Program-made: the position numbers and the translations under genes
Origin: Elusimicrobiota bacterium
GTDB taxonomy: Bacteria > RUG730 > JBDRED01
DNA length: 64,000 nucleotides
NCBI GenBank assembly: GCA_043820025.1
Contig: JBDRED010000005.1
Location: forward strand, 20,442-84,441
Direction of reading: 5' to 3'
Notes under the pieces: generated by a model
What the model was told of the DNA's origin: nothing
What the model saw: only the letters and a program-made list of their open reading frames with translations
The model's database searches: none
In this document: positions 46,286 to 55,244 of the stretch, one piece after another
Layout of the letters: the number at the start of each line of letters is the position of its first letter
Numbering within the stretch: the first letter of the stretch is position 1

Positions 46286-47331
46286 AAATATATAATTGTT
46301 CCGATATATTTGTTAGTATTATTAAAGACTGTTAGTAGCTCAATAGTTTTATTATCTATATTCGCAGTAATTTTAGAGTTGGGCTTAGATGACGCATCCT
46401 TAAAAGCGTCTGCCAATGGTTTTATTTGCGGTATTTCCAGAATGTGTTTATTCACGCTATCGCCTGCAATGTTTAATGCTAGGCTGAATTTAGATGACAA
46501 TGCAATAAGTTTATTCTCCGAATTAAAGACAGCTATTGCTCCTTCTGTAAAATTATTTATTAAGCCTCGAATCAGTAAAGAAATATTTTTATTTATTTCG
46601 TTCGCGGATTTTTCCATAGCCTGATCTTCTCTATTATACTTTTCAATAATATCATTTAGGTGTCCGGCTAGGCCTGCTAACTCGTCCTTGGATTTTATTT
46701 CAATTTTCTCGCCTCTGCCTAATAATGAGGATCTCAGCATATTTTCAAAACTTTTAAATCTTGATGAGATCTGTATTTTCATAAATGAAATTATTAAAAT
46801 GATAGCGATAATCAGCACGATCAATAATGAAAAAAACATGTTTCGTTTTATGCCTGCGAGTTTTTGCTTAATTTCAACGGTAGTAAGCCCAATACATAAG
46901 GTTAATGACTCAGTTACAGGAGAAGAGAATATTTCAATATTGGGATCATTGGTTTTTTGTATTATATTTTTTTTGGAAGCAATAGACTTTTTTGTATATT
47001 CATCTGTATATTCCTTGTCCCATTCTGATGTTTTATTGTGCATAATAACTTTACCTGCTCCGTCTACGATATACGCTGTGGTCAATTCGTCTAATTTTAA
47101 AATACTTTCTATCTGCGAAAGCAATAATAAGTCGTCTTGTAAATCAATAGCTTTGTTTATTAGAGGTTTTGAGAGGTCAGATGCGGTTTGGGCTCTGTTG
47201 TACAGGTCTGTGTACAAAGACTTTTTTTGCGCGGGTATGAGACGAAAATAATTGAAATAAATAATTATTATTGATACTAAAAGTATAGTAAAAACAATCA
47301 GCTTTGATGAAAGGGTTTTAATTCTTAACAT
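46276..47331 (-). CDS. Membrane sensor-like protein (TM - periplasmic domain - TM - HAMP-like - PAS-like), no recognisable output domain
   Basis: Two hydrophobic helices (aa ~10-30 and ~165-185). A HAMP-like DELAGLAGHLNDIIEKYN follows. No kinase, GGDEF or MCP signalling motif seen. Confidence 0.5.
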   Translation of the reverse strand: MLRIKTLSSKLIVFTILLVSIIIIYFNYFRLIPAQKKSLYTDLYNRAQTASDLSKPLINKAIDLQDDLLLLSQIESILKLDELTTAYIVDGAGKVIMHNKTSEWDKEYTDEYTKKSIASKKNIIQKTNDPNIEIFSSPVTESLTLCIGLTTVEIKQKLAGIKRNMFFSLLIVLIIAIILIISFMKIQISSRFKSFENMLRSSLLGRGEKIEIKSKDELAGLAGHLNDIIEKYNREDQAMEKSANEINKNISLLIRGLINNFTEGAIAVFNSENKLIALSSKFSLALNIAGDSVNKHILEIPQIKPLADAFKDASSKPNSKITANIDNKTIELLTVFNNTNKYIGTIIYFRI

Positions 47332-47342
47332 GATAAGCTCCT

Positions 47343-48164
47343 TTAGACAGAATTTCTTAGATAATAAAGGGCAAAAATTAATAGTCCTAAAATTATTCTG
47401 TAATATACAAATATATTAAGACTGTGTTTTTTTACAAATGATAAGAGAAATTTAATGGCAATATAACCTGTAATAGCGGAAATACTGAACCCGATAATTA
47501 AATTGCCGAGAGTGTAAACATCAAGTCCATTGTTAATAATATCAGGGATTTTTAATAATCCGGCGCCCAAAATAATTGGCATTGATATGAGAAATGAAAA
47601 CCTTGCGGATGATTCTCTGTTAAATCCGCAGATTAAAGCGGCGATTATCGTTATCGCTGAACGAGAAACACCGGGTATTAGAGCTAAGCATTGGTATAGG
47701 CCTATAATGATCGCTATGTTAACAGACATAGCGCTCAGTTCTTTATTTTTTTTAGCTGATTTATCGGTAAACCATAAATATAATGCTATTGATATTAGAA
47801 AAAAACTTATCCACAAAGGATTTCTAAATGTAGTTTCAATTATGTCGTCCATCATAAAGCCCACTATTCCCGCAGGTATTGTGGCTATTATAATCAGCCA
47901 TGCCAGGCGCGCGTAAAGGTCATCCTTTATTCGTCTTAAAAATATACTGCGTAAAAAACCTAATATTAGATTATAAAAATCTTCCCAAAAATACGCGATA
48001 AGAGATAGTGTAGTGCCTAGATGCAGCATTACATCAAAAGCAAGGCCGGGGTCTTTAAACTTTAAAAGCCATGGAATTAAAACAAGATGGCCGGATGAGC
48101 TTATAGGCAGAAACTCTCCGAATCCCTGAATTGTGCCGAGAATAATAGCGTTTAATGTTGTCAT
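47343..48164 (-). CDS. uppP: Undecaprenyl-diphosphate phosphatase
   Basis: N-terminal GTIQGFGEFLPISSSGHL motif and PGVSRSAITI motif. Multi-TM protein. Confidence 0.92.
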   Translation of the reverse strand: MTTLNAIILGTIQGFGEFLPISSSGHLVLIPWLLKFKDPGLAFDVMLHLGTTLSLIAYFWEDFYNLILGFLRSIFLRRIKDDLYARLAWLIIIATIPAGIVGFMMDDIIETTFRNPLWISFFLISIALYLWFTDKSAKKNKELSAMSVNIAIIIGLYQCLALIPGVSRSAITIIAALICGFNRESSARFSFLISMPIILGAGLLKIPDIINNGLDVYTLGNLIIGFSISAITGYIAIKFLLSFVKKHSLNIFVYYRIILGLLIFALYYLRNSV

Positions 48165-48173
48165 AATGAAGTT

Positions 48174-48202
48174 ATTTTATTAGTTATCAAGTAGTTTGTC
48201 AA
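48174..48202 (-). promoter_or_regulatory. Candidate uppP promoter (TTGACA-17-TAAAAT); only 9 nt separate the -10 from the ATG
   Basis: The reverse complement reads ttgaTTGACAaactacttgataactaaTAAAATaacttcattATG. Confidence 0.4.
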
Positions 48203-48390
48203 TCAAGGGGAAGACCTTTTTCTTTTGTCTGTTCTATTTTTTCGCAATAAATTCCATTTAACTTCATGCAAACTTCACACCTGTATGTTTTACTGATAGT
48301 GAATCGTTAGTTTGAGAAAGAAGAAAGGTTGAGGAGAAGGATATTTACCCAACAACCAAAACTGCGAAATTAAGCAGTCAGTTGGGAACC

Positions 48391-48421
48391 AGAGGCGGGA
48401 AGATCTCCCGCCTCTTTTTTT
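48391..48421 (+). terminator. Strong rho-independent terminator with no upstream + strand gene (orphan)
   Basis: gaggcggga-agatc-tcccgcctc followed by 8 T. The reverse orientation lacks a T-tract. Confidence 0.7.
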
Positions 48422-48502
48422 ATTTGAAAAGCAATACGAAGCGCCATACCCGCCCCGCTGAATTCTGTTCTCATAATATTTTCCTCAAATTTTTCCTAAA
48501 AA

Positions 48503-48513
48503 TGTTATATAAT
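48503..48513 (+). promoter_or_regulatory. Candidate extended -10 promoter element for the gldA-like gene
   Basis: tgttatataat read directly, about 30 nt upstream of ATG 48543. Confidence 0.3.
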
Positions 48514-48542
48514 ACTTGCAATTCATACTTAAGGGAAAAACA

Positions 48543-49595
48543 ATGTATAAAACTATCGGCCCGGCAATATATATTGAAGGCAGTAATGTAATAACAAAAG
48601 CTATACCTGTGCTTAAAAGATGGGGATGCCGCGGTATTATCTTAGGCGAAAGGCGGCTCTTTGAAAAGTTTACAAAGGAGATAAATCCTTTTTTAAAAAA
48701 ACTTTCGCTGACAAAAGAATTTTTTAATGGCGAGTGCGCAAAGCATGAGATAGATAGAATTGTAAAAATATGTAAAAATAAAAAATATAATTATATTATT
48801 GGTTTCGGCGGCGGCAAAGCATTAGATACTGCAAAAGCCGTCAGTTTTTATATTAATAAACCCTGCTTAACCATACCAACAAGCTCGGCAACGAGCGCAG
48901 CTTCAACCGCATTGTCAGCCCTTTATACAGAAAACGGCGTATCATCATATTATCTTGAATTACCCGCAAGCCCGGCCTGCGTAGTAGTTGATTTTAATTT
49001 AATAATTAATGCTCCGCAGAGATATATTGCTTCGGGTATGGCAGATGCTCTGGCAAAATATTACGAATCAATGGCATTTACCGGAGCCGTTTCCAAAGAT
49101 TTGTTTGTTAATATCGCATTACAGATAGCTGAAAGAATACATAATACTATCTTCACAATAGGCAAAGGCGCGTATAATGATGCAGGCAGCGGCAGATGTT
49201 CAGAGGCGTTTAAAGAAATTGTCCGCATTAATATACTTTTAGCCGGCGTTGTCGGCGGTTTTGGAGGAGAAGGCTGCAGGGCATGCGCAGCGCACGCTGT
49301 AAATAACGGCTTTACGCGCGTTCCTGCTATGAGGCGGTTTCTGCACGGTGAGATGGTAGGATATGGTAATATCCTGCAGTTAAAGCTGGAAAATAAAAAT
49401 AGCGAGATAAAAAAACTGAAAAAATTATATAAGGCGTTGTCTCTTCCTTATTCCTTTGAATCGTTTCAGGTAGAGATGAATGATAATCAGAAAGAAAATG
49501 TTATTAAACATATTTGTTCGCGCAAAGAAACACTTAAGAATATGCCAAGAAGGATCTCAAAGGATGAGATCGAGAAAATATTGTTTAATTTATAA
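48543..49595 (+). CDS. Glycerol dehydrogenase-family (iron-containing alcohol dehydrogenase superfamily) oxidoreductase
   Basis: GFGGGKALDTAKAV NAD-binding motif. Metal ligand-like positions GMADALAKYYE, AHAVNNGFT and LHGEMVGYG parallel GldA. The substrate cannot be assigned. Confidence 0.78.
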   Translation: MYKTIGPAIYIEGSNVITKAIPVLKRWGCRGIILGERRLFEKFTKEINPFLKKLSLTKEFFNGECAKHEIDRIVKICKNKKYNYIIGFGGGKALDTAKAVSFYINKPCLTIPTSSATSAASTALSALYTENGVSSYYLELPASPACVVVDFNLIINAPQRYIASGMADALAKYYESMAFTGAVSKDLFVNIALQIAERIHNTIFTIGKGAYNDAGSGRCSEAFKEIVRINILLAGVVGGFGGEGCRACAAHAVNNGFTRVPAMRRFLHGEMVGYGNILQLKLENKNSEIKKLKKLYKALSLPYSFESFQVEMNDNQKENVIKHICSRKETLKNMPRRISKDEIEKILFNL

Positions 49596-49634
49596 AATGC
49601 TAAGAGTTATTATTGTTTCTTTTGAATTCTATTC

Positions 49635-49684
49635 TAATTGTCATACTGAATACCCGATCAGGCCGAGGACAGGTTTAATTCAGC
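49635..49684. repeat. Family C repeat head and imperfect hairpin
   Basis: taattgtcatactgaa (49635-49650) matches 16359-16374 apart from one base. ctgaat...attcag flanks a GC-rich interior. Confidence 0.55.
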
Positions 49685-49710
49685 ATCTTTGTTATAGCGC
49701 AAAGGAGATA

Positions 49711-49754
49711 TATTTTGATTTTAGGACGACACCTGTGTCGTAAAAATCAAAATA
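49711..49754. repeat. 44-nt near-perfect hairpin upstream of alaS
   Basis: tattttgatttt (49711-49722) pairs with aaaatcaaaata (49743-49754). The inner stem is acgacac/gtgtcgt. Confidence 0.7.
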
Positions 49755-49866
49755 TGTCTCACTTGCGCAATGACTTCTGAATTTATACGATTGAAAAAGA
49801 AAAAATATTAAGTAGAATAGAAGAAACAATTTTGGGAAAGATCTAATGAGTTTTAGGAGAAAAATT

Positions 49867-52509
49867 ATGATAACCGGCGAGATTAGAAACAAGTATTTAA
49901 AATTCTTTGAAAGCAAGGGGCATACTGTTAAGCAAAGCGCTTCTCTTATTCCCTCAAATGATCCGTCGCTTCTTTTTACAAGCGCCGGCATGGTGCCGTT
50001 TAAAGACCTTTTTTTAGGCAAGGTAAAGGCGGAATATACGAGAGCTGTGTCTATACAAAAATGCGTGCGCACAACAGATATTGATAATATCGGGCACACA
50101 TCCAGGCATTTGACATTTTTTGAAATGATGGGCAACTTTTCATTTGGCGATTATTTTAAAGAAGACGCGATAAATTGGGCATGGGAGTTTTTCATAGATG
50201 TTTTAAAACTTCCAAAAGAAAAACTTTATGTTACAGTTTTTAAAGACGATGATGAGTCATTTAATCTTTGGGAAAAGCTAATTGATTCTAAAAGAATATA
50301 TAAGCTTGGCGAGGATACGAATTTTTGGGCTATTGGCGATACAGGGCCGTGCGGGCCATGCTCTGAAATTCTTTTTGATATGGGCAAGGAAATGGGCTGC
50401 GGCAAAAAGGATTGCAAGCCCGGGTGTGATTGTGATAGGTATCTTGAGGTTTGGAATCTGGTTTTTACAGAGTTTGATAAACAAAAAGACGGTTCTTTAA
50501 AGCCTTTGCCCGGCAAAAACATTGATACAGGAATGGGACTTGAGAGATTAGCAAGCGTTGTCCAGGGCGTTCATTCGCCGTATGAGACTGATGTATTTAG
50601 AAATATTTATAAGCGGATTGAAGAACTTGGAAAAAAACAGAACGCTTCATTTAAGGTTAACGAGACAGCTTTTAGAATAATAAGCGATCATGCTCGAACA
50701 GCGACATTTTTGTTAGCTGATGGAGTAACTCCGTCCAATGAAGGAAGAGGTTATGTGTTAAAGCGGCTTATAAGGCGCGCTGTTCGTCAGGGGCATATTA
50801 TCGGATTGAATAATTTTTTCCATGAGGCGGCTCATAAGGTTATTGACGAGATGAGAGGAGCGTATCCTTATATTAGTGAAAAAGGCGCTTATATTGAGGA
50901 AATATTAAAATCAGAAGAAAGCAAATTTAAAGAGACATTAGAAACCGGAATAAAGCTGATAGATGAGCTTAAAGCGAAATATTCAAAGGATAAAATATTT
51001 CCCGGCAATGAATTATTTAAGCTTTTTGACACTTATGGTTTGCCTTTAGATTTTGCGAGAGACATAGCAAGAGACGAAGGCTATGATATAGACGAGAAAG
51101 GGTTTTATAAAGCAATGGAAGAACAGAAAAAACATTCGCGAAAAAATGTTGAGGGCTGGGGGGAAGATGATAAGTTAATATCCTCGCTTCAGAATAAGGT
51201 AAGGGAAGTGATTTTTGCAGGCTATGATAAGGAAGAATGTAATTCTGAAATTGTTGATATTATACAAAAGGACAAAGAGGTTAATAATATTAAAAAGGGC
51301 GATGAAGATACAGCCTTGATTCTTTCTGTCACTCCTTTTTACCCTGAGTCCGGAGGCCAGAGCTGCGATGTTGGAATAATTATTTCTAAAAATAATGCCA
51401 GGTTTGAGGTGACTGACACAAAAAAACCGGCTCCGGGAATAATTGTTCATTATGGAAGTTTGGTTGAGGGAGAGCTCGCAGTAGGGGATTCGGTTATAGC
51501 AAAGATCAATATTAAGAATAGAGAAGATATAAGAAGAAATCATACTGCCACTCATCTCTTGCAGGCTGTTCTTAGAAAGATATTAGGGCCGCATGTTGCG
51601 CAGCAGGGATCTTTGGTTTCTTCCGGCGGTTTTAGATTTGATTTTACGCACCCAAAAGCGATCCCGTCCGAGGAGATTATGAAAATTGAGGACGGAGTAA
51701 ATGAAATTATTCAATCTAATTACTTAGTTAACAGCGAGGAAATGAGTATAAATGACGCGCAGAAAAAAGGCGCGTTAGCGTTTTTTGGAGAAAAATATGG
51801 AGAGAAGGTCAGGGTTGTTTCTCTTTCATGCGATGAAAAAATAAGTATGGAGCTTTGCGGAGGCACGCACGCAAAAGCAACGGGAGAGATAGGATTATTC
51901 GTAATAGTTTCAGAGTCCGGCATTGCCGGCGGCGTGCGGCGCATAGAGGCTGTTACTGGCAGAGGAGCAATCGAATGGCTTAGGAAACAACGCGAATTGC
52001 TGCAGATAACAGCAAAGAGAATGAAGTCTTCAGTAGATGAAATTCCGGCGCAGGCTGAGAGCCTTATTAAAAAAATCAAGGACCAGGATAAAGAGATGGC
52101 AGAGCTAAAAATGAAAATTATGAAATATGAAAGCGCGTCATTGATAGAAAAAGCTGAAGATATGGGAGGAGTAAAAGTATTAAGCCATATTGTTTCTGGT
52201 ATGCAGATAAATGAGATTAGGTCTCTTTGTGATATGTTAAAAGGAAAGATTGGCTCAGGTATTGTTTTTATTATCTTAGAAAATGAAGGCGGTAGTCAGC
52301 TGATCTGTTCTATTACCTCGGATTTAGTAAAGAATAAAAAACTAGACGCAAAAGCGTTATTGATGGATGCTGCGAGCAAGTTTGGCGGCGGCGGCGGCGG
52401 CAGGCCTGATATGGCTCAGGCAGGTTTAAAAACAAAAATTAAATCAGAGGAAATAATAAAAGAATTCAAAAAAATAATCAAAGAAGCTTTAGAAAATATC
52501 AAACAATAA
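49867..52509 (+). CDS. alaS: Alanyl-tRNA synthetase
   Basis: IRNKYLKFFESKGH, FTSAGMVPFK and the editing-domain HTATHLL...CGGTH motifs. C-terminal DHHA1-like GGGGGGRPDMAQAG. Confidence 0.96.
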   Translation: MITGEIRNKYLKFFESKGHTVKQSASLIPSNDPSLLFTSAGMVPFKDLFLGKVKAEYTRAVSIQKCVRTTDIDNIGHTSRHLTFFEMMGNFSFGDYFKEDAINWAWEFFIDVLKLPKEKLYVTVFKDDDESFNLWEKLIDSKRIYKLGEDTNFWAIGDTGPCGPCSEILFDMGKEMGCGKKDCKPGCDCDRYLEVWNLVFTEFDKQKDGSLKPLPGKNIDTGMGLERLASVVQGVHSPYETDVFRNIYKRIEELGKKQNASFKVNETAFRIISDHARTATFLLADGVTPSNEGRGYVLKRLIRRAVRQGHIIGLNNFFHEAAHKVIDEMRGAYPYISEKGAYIEEILKSEESKFKETLETGIKLIDELKAKYSKDKIFPGNELFKLFDTYGLPLDFARDIARDEGYDIDEKGFYKAMEEQKKHSRKNVEGWGEDDKLISSLQNKVREVIFAGYDKEECNSEIVDIIQKDKEVNNIKKGDEDTALILSVTPFYPESGGQSCDVGIIISKNNARFEVTDTKKPAPGIIVHYGSLVEGELAVGDSVIAKINIKNREDIRRNHTATHLLQAVLRKILGPHVAQQGSLVSSGGFRFDFTHPKAIPSEEIMKIEDGVNEIIQSNYLVNSEEMSINDAQKKGALAFFGEKYGEKVRVVSLSCDEKISMELCGGTHAKATGEIGLFVIVSESGIAGGVRRIEAVTGRGAIEWLRKQRELLQITAKRMKSSVDEIPAQAESLIKKIKDQDKEMAELKMKIMKYESASLIEKAEDMGGVKVLSHIVSGMQINEIRSLCDMLKGKIGSGIVFIILENEGGSQLICSITSDLVKNKKLDAKALLMDAASKFGGGGGGRPDMAQAGLKTKIKSEEIIKEFKKIIKEALENIKQ

Positions 52510-52518
52510 AGAGGGTTT

Positions 52519-52953
52519 ATGATAATTGGCGTTATTGGCGGAAGAGTTTGCAGTGATGATACAAAAAAGGCAGCGTTTAAAATCGGAGCGCATATAGCTG
52601 AGTCAGGGCACTATCTTATGTGCGGCGGATATTCGGGCGTAATGGAAGAGGCATGCAGGGGGTGTAAGAGCAAGAATGGCACAACTATAGGCATATTAAT
52701 GCACGAAGATAAAAGAGAGATGAATCCATACATAGATATTCCAATAGTTACAGCTATGAGTTTAGCAAGGAATGCTATAATTGTGAGGTCAGCTGATATA
52801 CTTATAGCTTTTGAAGGAAGTTATGGCACGCTCTCAGAGATAGGTATGGGTTTAGCGCTAGAAAAACCAATAATTGGCTTTAAAACATGGGATATTAAAG
52901 GAATTACTACTGCAGACACAGTTGAGGATATAATCCGCAAATTACCGAACTGA
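52519..52953 (+). CDS. TIGR00725/LOG-like Rossmann-fold protein
   Basis: IIGVIGG...LMCGGYSGVMEEACRG...GTTIGIL...ADILIAFEGSYGTLSEI pattern. Confidence 0.7.
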   Translation: MIIGVIGGRVCSDDTKKAAFKIGAHIAESGHYLMCGGYSGVMEEACRGCKSKNGTTIGILMHEDKREMNPYIDIPIVTAMSLARNAIIVRSADILIAFEGSYGTLSEIGMGLALEKPIIGFKTWDIKGITTADTVEDIIRKLPN

Positions 52954-53020
52954 GGGACAGACCCCAAATTCGGTTACTCGGGAGTAACCGAATTTGGGGT
53001 CTGTCCCTCAGTTCGGTAAT
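52941..53020. repeat. 80-bp perfect palindrome, family A, overlapping the last 4 codons and stop of the upstream gene
   Basis: The left arm 52941-52979 is the exact reverse complement of the right arm 52982-53020. The stop TGA at 52951-52953 lies inside the element core cTGAgggacagacccc. Confidence 0.92.
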
Positions 53021-53042
53021 TACTATACCGACAAATATTTTC

Positions 53043-53071
53043 TTGACAATAAAATTTCAAATTGATATATT
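53043..53071 (+). promoter_or_regulatory. Candidate rplM-rpsI promoter (TTGACA-17-TATATT)
   Basis: Hexamers at 53043-53048 and 53066-53071, 50 nt upstream of the rplM ATG. Confidence 0.5.
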
Positions 53072-53121
53072 TAACGAATCTCATTAGAATTATACATAAT
53101 ATATAGGGCAGGTAAAAGACA

Positions 53122-53559
53122 ATGAAGACATATACAGCGAAGAAAGAAGATTTAAAACAAGAATGGTTTGTAATTGACGCAAAGGATAGAGTGCTTGGAA
53201 GGCTTGCGGTTAAGGTTGCAAATATACTTCGAGGCAAGACTAAGCCTATTTACACGCCGCATGTTGATACCGGCGACAATGTAGTTATAATAAACGCTGA
53301 AAAGGTTCGTTTAACAGGTAATAAGCTTAAACAAAAATTCGCGTTTAGGCATTCCGGTTACCCGGGCGGAGATACTCTAACTCGTTATGATATACTTATG
53401 AAAGAAAAGCCTGAACAGGCAATACTCTTGGCAGTTCGCGGTATGCTTCCAAAAAACAAACTGCGTGCTGTGTTTATGAAGAAACTGCATGTTTATAAAG
53501 GTGTTGAGCATCCGCATTCAGCTCAACAGCCAAAAGAATTAAATATTCCAACTAATTAG
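53122..53559 (+). CDS. rplM: 50S ribosomal protein L13
   Basis: [15 protein letters not shown]...LRGK...YTPHVDTGD pattern. Confidence 0.96.
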   Translation: MKTYTAKKEDLKQEWFVIDAKDRVLGRLAVKVANILRGKTKPIYTPHVDTGDNVVIINAEKVRLTGNKLKQKFAFRHSGYPGGDTLTRYDILMKEKPEQAILLAVRGMLPKNKLRAVFMKKLHVYKGVEHPHSAQQPKELNIPTN

Positions 53560-53572
53560 AGAGGAAGTAATT

Positions 53573-53974
53573 ATGGCGCATACTATGACAGAATTTTGGG
53601 CAACAGGAAGAAGAAAGAGTTCAGTAGCAAGGGTTAAATTAATACCCGGTAATGGATCTATTTTAGTTAATAGAAAGACTATAGAAAACTATTTCGGCGG
53701 CTTGTCGCAAATTAAAAATGAAATTTTACTGCCTTTAGAATTAACCAAAACATTAACGAAATATGATGTAAGAATAAATGTTCAAGGCGGCGGCACAACA
53801 GGCCAGGCCGGAGCAATAAGACATGGCATAGCAAGAGCATTAGCAGGTTTAGACGAAGCAAATAAAACAATTCTAAAAAAACAAGGGTTACTTACTCGAG
53901 ATTCAAGAATGGTTGAGAGAAAGAAACCCGGACGTCCTAAGGCTCGCAAACGATTCCAATTCTCTAAACGATAA
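53573..53974 (+). CDS. rpsI: 30S ribosomal protein S9
   Basis: [10 protein letters not shown]...[19 protein letters not shown]...[12 protein letters not shown]...[10 protein letters not shown]. Confidence 0.96.
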   Translation: MAHTMTEFWATGRRKSSVARVKLIPGNGSILVNRKTIENYFGGLSQIKNEILLPLELTKTLTKYDVRINVQGGGTTGQAGAIRHGIARALAGLDEANKTILKKQGLLTRDSRMVERKKPGRPKARKRFQFSKR

Positions 53975-54022
53975 TCTTTTTTTTAAAACCAGGGAAATAT
54001 GATACAGGAGGACTATACCTAC

Positions 54023-55213
54023 ATGAAGTTGTCTAAAAGAGTAGAGAAAATAAGCGCGTCAATAACACTCGCGATTTCTGCTAAAGCAAAGATGATGAAA
54101 GAAAAAGGCGAGCCTGTTATTGGATTTGGCGCCGGAGAACCTGATTTTGACACTCCGGATTATATTAAGGATGCGGCAAAAAAGGCAATAGATAACGGAT
54201 ATACAAAATACACTCCAAATGCAGGTATGCCTGATCTTAAAAATGCTATATGCGAGAAATTTGAGCGTGATAATGGTTTAAAATATAAACCAAATCAAAT
54301 AATTGTTTCAAATGGGGCTAAACAGTCTCTTTTTAACGCTATTTGCGCTATATGCAATGAAGGCGATGAGGTTATAATAATAGCGCCATATTGGGTGACA
54401 TATTACGAACAGATATCATTTACCGGAGCAAAACCTGTTATTGTGTATTCTAACATGAATGATGGGTTCAAGGCTCCTTTAAAGAGAATAAAGGACGCAA
54501 TAACAAAAAAAACAAAAGCAATTATAATAAACAGCCCATGTAATCCAACAGGCGCAGTGTGCTCGAAGAGCGAACTTTCAGGTATAGCTGAAATAGCTGT
54601 GGCAAACGATATATTCGTTATTTCCGACGAGATATATGAAGAAATAATCTATGACACTGAACATATCAGCATTGCTTCATTGGGCGAGGAAATAAAAAAG
54701 AAAACTATAGTAATAAATGGCGTATCAAAGTCGTATTCTATGACCGGCTGGCGTATAGGTTACGCTGCAGCGGAAAAGGAAATAATTGACGCTATGGATA
54801 GATTTCAAAGTCATACAACGTCAAACGCGAATTCTATAGCGCAGAAGGCTGCGATTAGCGCTTTAACAGGGAATAAGGATGCAGTAAAAGAGATGGTTAG
54901 GCATTTTAAAGAAAGACGCGATTATATAGTTAATGCTCTAAATGAAATTGATGGAGTTAAATGCAATATGCCGCAAGGCGCGTTTTACGTTTTTCCGGAT
55001 ATAAGCGCGCATATAGGCAAGACTATTAATGGCAAAAGAATCAGCGGATCATTGGAATTTTGCGAGGCGTTATTAGAAGAAGAAATGGTTGCGGTTGTGC
55101 CTGGCGAGGATTTTGGCGAAAACAATGCCGTTCGTCTTTCATACGCTCTAAGTTTAGATAATATTAAAACCGGAATAGAAAGATTTAAAAAATTTATTTT
55201 GAAGTTAAAATAA
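54023..55213 (+). CDS. Pyridoxal phosphate-dependent aminotransferase, class I (aspartate aminotransferase-like)
   Basis: GEPDFDTP, NSPCNPTG and SKSYSMTGWRIGY (PLP lysine) motifs. Start at ATG 54023 after an AGGAGG RBS. Confidence 0.85.
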   Translation: MKLSKRVEKISASITLAISAKAKMMKEKGEPVIGFGAGEPDFDTPDYIKDAAKKAIDNGYTKYTPNAGMPDLKNAICEKFERDNGLKYKPNQIIVSNGAKQSLFNAICAICNEGDEVIIIAPYWVTYYEQISFTGAKPVIVYSNMNDGFKAPLKRIKDAITKKTKAIIINSPCNPTGAVCSKSELSGIAEIAVANDIFVISDEIYEEIIYDTEHISIASLGEEIKKKTIVINGVSKSYSMTGWRIGYAAAEKEIIDAMDRFQSHTTSNANSIAQKAAISALTGNKDAVKEMVRHFKERRDYIVNALNEIDGVKCNMPQGAFYVFPDISAHIGKTINGKRISGSLEFCEALLEEEMVAVVPGEDFGENNAVRLSYALSLDNIKTGIERFKKFILKLK

Positions 55214-55244
55214 AAGTGTTATTTTTAAACGTAGGAGGTTGATT

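Noticed and set aside
48382-48591. 69-aa + strand ORF upstream of the gldA-like gene.
   Set aside because: It would be translated straight through a strong rho-independent terminator and the candidate promoter of the next gene, and it has no recognisable motif.
49480-50135. ORFs 49480-49743 (+) and 49692-50135 (-) around the alaS leader.
   Set aside because: The first overlaps the 3' end of the gldA-like gene out of frame and runs through the repeat elements. The second is antisense to the well-supported alaS N-terminus. Neither has motifs.
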